64,000 bases of DNA from Psilocybe cubensis (lineage: Eukaryota), in the NCBI GenBank assembly GCA_017499595.2, contig CM039002.1:3162001-3226000 (forward strand), given 5' to 3'. This document shows positions 57,161 to 64,000 of the stretch, piece by piece; within the stretch, counting starts at the first letter, position 1, and each line of letters opens with the position of its first letter. The notes under the pieces were generated by a model. The model was not told the origin of the DNA. It ran no database searches and saw only the letters and a program-made list of their open reading frames with translations. The position numbers and the translations under genes are program-made.

Positions 57161-59340
57161 GTTTGGTTTTTCTCGTGCCATCATGCTTATCGAAAAGAAA
57201 CGGTTGTAAAACAACGACTAGACGCATTCAAGATTTTAATCACTGTTCAAGCCTTGTTTGTCAGATTTTTTAAGGTGGATAATACCTGAGTCTTCAAGCT
57301 CGCCCGTCGTGACATGGGTTATATAATCATTATATCCTCTGCTCACCGCCGTGTATGCTGCAAGCTTTTGAATAAGTTACTCAACGTTTGAAATCTCTGT
57401 GGTTGCGAAGACGTTTTTCTGGACCTTTCTAGTCTGTCACACTGCTTAGCTACTACAAGGTGCTGTGGTTTGCTGTTGGACTTGTATCTGGCGTAAATGA
57501 TCGATAAATGGTGCGCCTTGTTCTTGAATGGGACCCGACCCTTTGTACTTGTTTCTTCTTTTCGGTGAAGGACCTTCAGTGACTGTTGCTATAACAGCCA
57601 TAATGTTCAATGCCTTTAAAATGTGATAAATCGCAAAAATTTGCACCATCGGTGCCCCCGTGCAAGGCTAGAGGATGCAGGTTGTTCGTGGCAATGACGG
57701 CGACGCGGTCATGTCCACTATTATAAGTAAGTCCGTAGATGTGTTAATATTTCAATGTTAACTTGGCTTACAGATATTTCTTCCATCGCTACTGCGACAG
57801 TGCTGCAGTCAATGCACACAGTTGGTAAGCTTTCTTGACCACAACTTTTGTAAAGATTCTGAATTCAGGCGGTCAGGGCGCACAATTTCTCTCATGTTAA
57901 TTGGAAAGAAAACGGGTATCGACGACCTCCCTGATGAACTGATCCGGGAGATCATGTTTACCATAATGGAGCCCTCGACGCGATCAGAGAAAGTGGATGA
58001 CAAACTGTCAATAATCAGTCCCATCGTCTCTGAAAACAACCCCATTACCCCCTTCCCGCTGACAAGAGTGTGCCGTCGGTGGAGGCGTATAGCATGTACC
58101 ACAAAATCTCTGTGGAAGTCCATTGCCATTATTGAACCATCCTTCAAACATGTCCATCGTGTCAAATTGTGGCTTACCTATGGAGACGGATACAAGCTCG
58201 ACATCATGCTTCGCCAATCATACTCTGTGGGAGACGAAGAACGTCGCGCGACTGCCGAAATTCTCACTATGCTCGTCCAACGCATCCAGAAGTGGTCCAA
58301 TGTTGAATTTCACTTTACCGAGAACGAACTCCCTTCGTTGATCGCTCATCACATGCGCCACCCTAATCCTTCTGTGTTGCAGACAGCTATCATCTCCCAC
58401 CAATCTCGACATATGGACATAAAAGAACGGGCCAGGGACGTGTGGGGGTCGCTCCAGGAGACCCCATTGAAGCATCTTAAATGGATATCCCCTGCACCCG
58501 CCATGGCATTCTCAAGCGCCAACATTCAGACACTCAACACATCTTGTTTCACCTTTCAAGTTTTACTCGATACCTTAAGATTGTGTCCCAACCTTTCCTC
58601 AATTGATGTTGAATTGCTGAACGTACCCCCGATGGATGCCGACCATCTAGAATATCGTGTGGAGTATCCCAACCTTCGCAGCGTTGCCATGAAAGGCCAC
58701 AAGACGGACATCGCCACCTTCCTGCGCCTACATTGCCTCCCGTCGCTTACTAGCCTCGAACTTGACCCAATTGATGTCACCTCTTTTATACATCTGCGGG
58801 GGCTTATCTTGCGATCCGAGTGTACTCTACGGCAGCTGGCGCTTGAGGTGCGAAATGTTCAAGCCTTGGATGTTGCTGGATGGCTCGAACAAGACTTCTT
58901 TCAAGAACTAGAGACGCTCTCTATATCTGGCGCCGAGATCAACGACCACGTCCTACTTATGCTCACCTGTCCGCCACTGCGGGGAAACCGGCCGACGTAT
59001 TTTGAAAAGCTCAAGTTTCTGTTTTTGGGCCAGTTGATGTCTAATGTCGATGACGGCACTTTTCTTCGAATGTTGGGGTCGCGATTCTGGACCCCTCAAG
59101 GTGCACCGCCCAAGACCGAGTTGGAGAAGGCTGGTTTTCTGGTTGCCACGAAAACGAACCCCATGGCCATGTATGAAGTTATGATCAACTCATGTGCTGA
59201 AAGAATGGCGGAGAGCAAGGACAAGAATTGGCGCCATTGGCAAAACCGTGGGCTTTGTATTGATTTTGCTTGATTTCCTTTCTTTGTATTTACTAATATG
59301 CTGTGTTTCACCTGTTTTCCTCGCTTTATTCTGCTTTCCT
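57161..59340 (+). repeat. Segmental duplicate of 30186-30384 + 46326-46373 + 48776-~50680
   Basis: 57161-57309 matches 30186-30384 with four short deletions; 57308 onward matches 46326 onward without the TIR element, and continues through the F-box gene. Confidence 0.9.
57894..59273 (+). CDS. F-box/LRR-like protein, copy B (full C-terminus)
   Basis: Same protein as copy A but with MLGSRFWTPQG...GLCIDFA tail, resembling the usual agaric F-box 'ML.SR' C-terminus. Confidence 0.85.
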   Translation: MLIGKKTGIDDLPDELIREIMFTIMEPSTRSEKVDDKLSIISPIVSENNPITPFPLTRVCRRWRRIACTTKSLWKSIAIIEPSFKHVHRVKLWLTYGDGYKLDIMLRQSYSVGDEERRATAEILTMLVQRIQKWSNVEFHFTENELPSLIAHHMRHPNPSVLQTAIISHQSRHMDIKERARDVWGSLQETPLKHLKWISPAPAMAFSSANIQTLNTSCFTFQVLLDTLRLCPNLSSIDVELLNVPPMDADHLEYRVEYPNLRSVAMKGHKTDIATFLRLHCLPSLTSLELDPIDVTSFIHLRGLILRSECTLRQLALEVRNVQALDVAGWLEQDFFQELETLSISGAEINDHVLLMLTCPPLRGNRPTYFEKLKFLFLGQLMSNVDDGTFLRMLGSRFWTPQGAPPKTELEKAGFLVATKTNPMAMYEVMINSCAERMAESKDKNWRHWQNRGLCIDFA

Positions 59341-59765
59341 GTTTGCTATCCTCAATATGTTTTCTTGATCTCGCTGTTTTCCCTGCTTTCTCGTCTAGTT
59401 TTGATGTATCTGTTTTCTTTCATTCTAGCATTCTACTAAATATAAACCTTATCTTTATGCTATCTCAATGTTGGACTTTGACTGTCTATATACAAAAATG
59501 ATTGGTATCTACGATGCCTTCCTGCGCGACCATATTTGAGACACCCTCTTCGGCTCGGTCTGCCGCTTACCCGGTTACGTTATATTCCCTTCATCTGCTT
59601 CTTTGACATGGTAGTGACCTCGATTTACCACAGTGCCCACCATCTTCATATTCTAATCGCTGGAAATGAAACGTTTCACACGTCAACTTGACGCGGCCAA
59701 TTTTGGTCCGTTTAAAAGCCTAGCACTCTCGTTGAAATGCCCAAGATAGCCTTCACCTGTTCAAC

Positions 59766-62285
59766 ATGCAGAGTGTCCCTGTATTGCTTCTTGGGTTCGT
59801 TGCCATCTACATCATCCAAAAGCTAGTCCGTTATTGGAGTGCACTGCGTTCTATCCAGTCCGTTATGCTCTTTTCTCATTCAGTTCCGTTCTGTTGGGTG
59901 GTCTGACCGAGTTGTTGCATAGGAATCTCCCAGGATACCGTATTCTCTTTCGCGACGTCAGTGCAGCGTCCTTCCTGGGATCGATTCCTGGAGTAGCACC
60001 AGGATTCAATGCAAACTTTCAGGATAAACATAGTAGTATGTCATCTTCCTGTCATCGCTTCACAACGTGGTAATTTTACTTATTGCCTCGGGGGAAAAAA
60101 GTTTTCAAGGAATGGGACATGATTTCATTTGTACATTTCGATTTATCCCATGGATGCTCTGGCTTTCTGGATGCTAATGCAATGCTCTCAGGTTTCTGCC
60201 TTCCCTCATACATCAGTAGCACTCTCAACTGCTGATGCCGATGTAGCCAAGGTAATAAAAGTGGTCATTGCCACAAAGAAATTTGCCTGAAGTACTTATT
60301 ATTACTTGCGTCAAGGAAATCACGTCGTCTCGATATCGTTTCCCCAAGCCCATCGATCAGTATGAGGCCCTGTCTGTGTACGGACTCAATATTGTCGCAT
60401 CGGAAGGTGATGATTGGAAGAGATATAGAAAGATTGCTGCTCCAGCATTTTCAGACGTATGCAATGCTCCTACTATTGTGTGGAATCGCTTATCTGTTCA
60501 AAATTAGCGTAACAATAAACTGGTCTGGGAGGAAACTGTGAAAATTATGGATGGATTATTTGATGAGGTCTGGAAGAATCAAGACGTGGTTACAGTCGAT
60601 CATTGCTTAGACATCACTCTGCCAGTACGTCCGCTGACAATGTGTGGTTTCGCCATTGGCTAACTTCTTGCAGATTGCTCTATTTGTGATTGGAGTTGCA
60701 GGTAGCTGTCAAATTTTTGTCGTTTATCAGGCAGCTCTGATAATATGCTGCAAGGTTTCGGCAAATCTATGACATGGCATGATGAAGATCAAGGCATACC
60801 CGCTGGTCATAGCCTATCGTTCAAGGATTCGCTCCATACAGCGTCAGTTGATATTACAATCAAATTGCTTTTTCCAGATATCCTGTTGAAATATGGCACC
60901 CCACGTCTACGGAGGGTTAGGAAAGCGTACCAGGAGCTTGGGGTACGTACCTGATTGAGTGTAGATCAGAGTATCGAGTTCTAATCTGTAAATTTTGTAA
61001 TCCAGGTATACATGGCCGAGATGGTTCAAGAGCGGACTGCTTCTGAAAAAGCAGAGCGCCACGATCTTTTTACTAATCTGCTGGAAGCAAACAACGATGA
61101 TTCAGATGGGGTTCGTCTAACCTCTGATGAACTTATTGGTTAATTTGAATTTCTTTTTTACTGTATCTCTTATCATTAATTGCATTTTTAAACAGGTAAC
61201 ATTTTCATTTTTCTTTTGGCTGGCCACGAGGTGTGTACGTTGTAAGCTACAGCTTCTGCAGAACCTCTGATATTTCTGTAACAAGACTACTGCCCACACT
61301 CTGTGCTTTACATTTGCTCTTCTGGCCATGCACGAGGATGAGCAAGAAAAATTGTTCCAACATATAAAGACCACTTTGCCTGATGGTAGAATGCCAGTGC
61401 GTACAATTTGTCTTCATTTTTTCTCTGCAATCATAAATTCTGGTATAGACATACGACGATATGCCTCGTTTAACCTATTCCATGGCGTAAGTCCCCATTA
61501 AAGATTATGAATCAGATTGCTTACTCTATGCCAAACTCCTTAGAGTCTTCTATGAGACTCTACGTCTTTTCCCACCAGTAAGCTATCTTCCTATAAAGGA
61601 TTTTTAGTATAAGTTCAAGGAGATGTACAGGCACCTCTGGTTCCAAAAATCAGTTCTGAGGATACAGTTCTCACAGTAGGAAATATTCACGGTCAGAAAC
61701 GCGTCGTTCCCGTCGCAAAAGGTACCAGGGTAATCGTCCATATCCCTGGGCTCCACTACAATCGTACGTTTGTCTTTTTTGAAAAAACAGAATGCTACCA
61801 TTTACCAGAAATTTGTCTATGAATTATAAGCTCGCTACTGGGATGATCCCGAGTCTTTCAGGCCATCTCGTTTTTTGTCTCCGGATTGGAATCGCGACGC
61901 CTTCCTTCCATTCAGCGCCGGTGAGTCGTATTGTGTTTGTAATAAACTTGTATTTAGTGATGATATCTCATAGGCGCGCGTGCATGCCTGGGAAGAAAGT
62001 GAGAAAGACATTTCCTAGTCAGATTTTGTTGTCTAATAAAAGGATTACAGGTTCTTCGAGACAGAAGGGATTGCAGCTTTAACTATGTTGGTATCGCGCT
62101 ACAAAATCAAGGTTAAATACGAACCAGAATTTGCGGCAGAATCGTTCGAACAACGTTACAACCGCATTCTAAAGGCATACACCAGACTTACATTGACGTA
62201 CGTTTTTTCTTATTCTGATACCCTGGTTCTGACAGCTTTTTGTAGGCCTGAGCGGGTGCCATTAACGTTTCTTCGCAGGTCGTAA
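59766..62285 (+). CDS. Cytochrome P450, many introns
   Basis: N-terminal TM anchor; SEGDDWKRYRK, I-helix FLLAGHE|TTAH, YETLRLFPP, FRPSRF, heme motif FSAG|ARACLGRK|FFETE; TAA 62283-62285. Confidence 0.93.
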
Positions 62286-63699
62286 TCAAGAAAAACAGCG
62301 CCGTGTCGTTCGGTACTTTGGAAGGCATTAGTGAAACAAGTACTCCCATCTATCTATCTATCCTTTTTCAAATTCCAGTTCGCGGAGTAGTCAGTATAAA
62401 AATGAGTAAAGGGACTATACAGTTTGATCAGACCATTCAATCGAGAGTTGAAATAGGGCCGATCTCCAAAAGAAATCGACAACTATACCTTACAGCCTAA
62501 TTCTAACCAAACCTAGCGCCCATTTTCCGTTTTCATCGGGTTCTATGACAATTGAGTTCCTGAGTAATATCAATTTAACGTTTTGTGCAGGCGTAAACTA
62601 GGTAGACTATACCAATCGTGGGATTCCGCCGGCCTAGCCACTTTTAAATTTGTGATATAATTTCCCCTTACTTTCACGATTTTGTGGGGTTCCCTAGTGG
62701 CAGGCACATAAGAACGAGCGCATTAGTCTAAATTAAACTAGGGCCTACGAGTTGCTTCACCTAATAGTATCTCTGCGTTGGGCCCGCAGGGGTACATATT
62801 TAAACCCCAATCTTCCATCAAAGCTTATATCTAGGTAGTGAACACTTTCTCTTACTTGTTGTTTCTAAGGGGTTGGTGATAGAAAACAATGGATACCTTT
62901 TACGGTGGTCCCTAGCTTCATCACACCTGATTTAAGCCAGTTACATTGGCGCTCGTCGTTTGAAAAGCGTGAATCAAAAATCTTCTGAGATATTCTCTTC
63001 TAAACATTGCACAAATCGATTGATTAGTGCCGGCATTGTTTCCAGATGAAATGCCTTTTCTACACACAGCAAAATTGGAGCTCGGTGCGAGATGTCGGAT
63101 ATTCTTGGCAATGATTGTTTTGGAAGCAATTCGACTGCCTAATTTCCTCTCCATATGGAAAGTAGGGTGTACGTAATGCAGCGAACATCAGGATGATCTT
63201 GCGTTGGTAGACTGTAGTAGATACCTTGTCGAAGTCACCATTAAAGCAATTATTACTGGACTATATTACATGAGACCTAGTACAAAATAACACCAGGGAA
63301 AGTTAAAGTAAACCCTTGGAACAGGCGTTTTCAATACCCATTGAAATATTGAAGAGCCCCATGGACGTCTTACATCAGCTTTAGAGGCTCAGTGATAATG
63401 CGCGAAAACCTTTGTCTTGTCATCGAGCATCTGACCTAAATATTCGGCGATGGGTGGAAATCGCGACATCACCGTAGTGACCTGAGCGGTTCAAAACGAT
63501 TGCGATAATTTGCAGATGATATTGATATTTGGTAAGCTGGTAAGGCCCTGATGTGGATAATACAAACTGGTATACTACGGTTAAAAGCTAAGTTGGTTCG
63601 CCAAGACTTTCTCACAATACGTATGCGATCAGATTGAACTAAATTAAGTCGCCTACCGTCTGAGGTCGTCCAGGACCCCTGAAAATACCCCAAAATGCC

Positions 63700-63830
63700 T
63701 GATCCAAAATGGCCAAAATTTGCGGAATTTTATCCGGACGAATTTTCCAAAATCTTATCCGGACGGCGGATCTACCATGAGGATTTTCGAATTTTTATCC
63801 GGACAGGTATCTGGCCTCCAAAAATTTCCT
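63700..63830. repeat. Three copies of TTATCCGGAC in a probable DNA-transposon subterminal region
   Basis: Motif at ~63730, ~63755 and ~63795; no partner end within the window. Confidence 0.4.
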
Positions 63831-64000
63831 AAAATAGAAATTTTCTCCTAAACCGCCCGAAAAAGGTGATTTTGCGCTCGCAACCACTCTTGTATGCCAC
63901 AAAGAAGTATACTTGATTGAAAAAGATGTAACGTAGACCGTTTGAAAGTACTATAGATAGTTTGAGCAAGAAGAACATATCTACACTAATTAGTTTTGTA

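Noticed and set aside
1-64000. tRNA or rRNA genes
   Set aside because: None recognised by eye; tRNAscan-SE/Infernal would be needed to exclude intron-containing tRNAs or snoRNAs.

Overview
Intron-rich fungal DNA; gene families and ~50-bp introns point to an agaricomycete basidiomycete. 1-30 kb is gene-dense: Rab-GAP/TBC gene (5' truncated), two DUF6534-type membrane genes each beside a paralog of a small His/Cys protein, SDH3, an F-box gene with one in-frame stop, an APC amino-acid permease, uricase, another F-box gene, a PL14 lyase, an E(z)/EZH2-like CXC-SET methyltransferase and MUB1/samB. 30.6-57 kb is a repeat island: an intact Ty1/copia element with a complete Ty3/gypsy chromovirus nested in its leader, a hAT-like MITE, two non-autonomous TIR elements, a long palindrome, a duplicated F-box gene and a 6.5-kb repeat-rich filler. 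A cytochrome P450 gene ends the window. Main observation: reading the nested gypsy element (6355 bp, intact gag/pol, apparently identical LTRs) line by line I found no CpG, although it sits in a CpG-rich copia host. This suggests an active retrotransposon that escapes CG methylation by lacking the target. It also has a Tf1-type self-priming PBS and a -1 frameshift site. All comparisons were made by eye; nothing was computed or searched.
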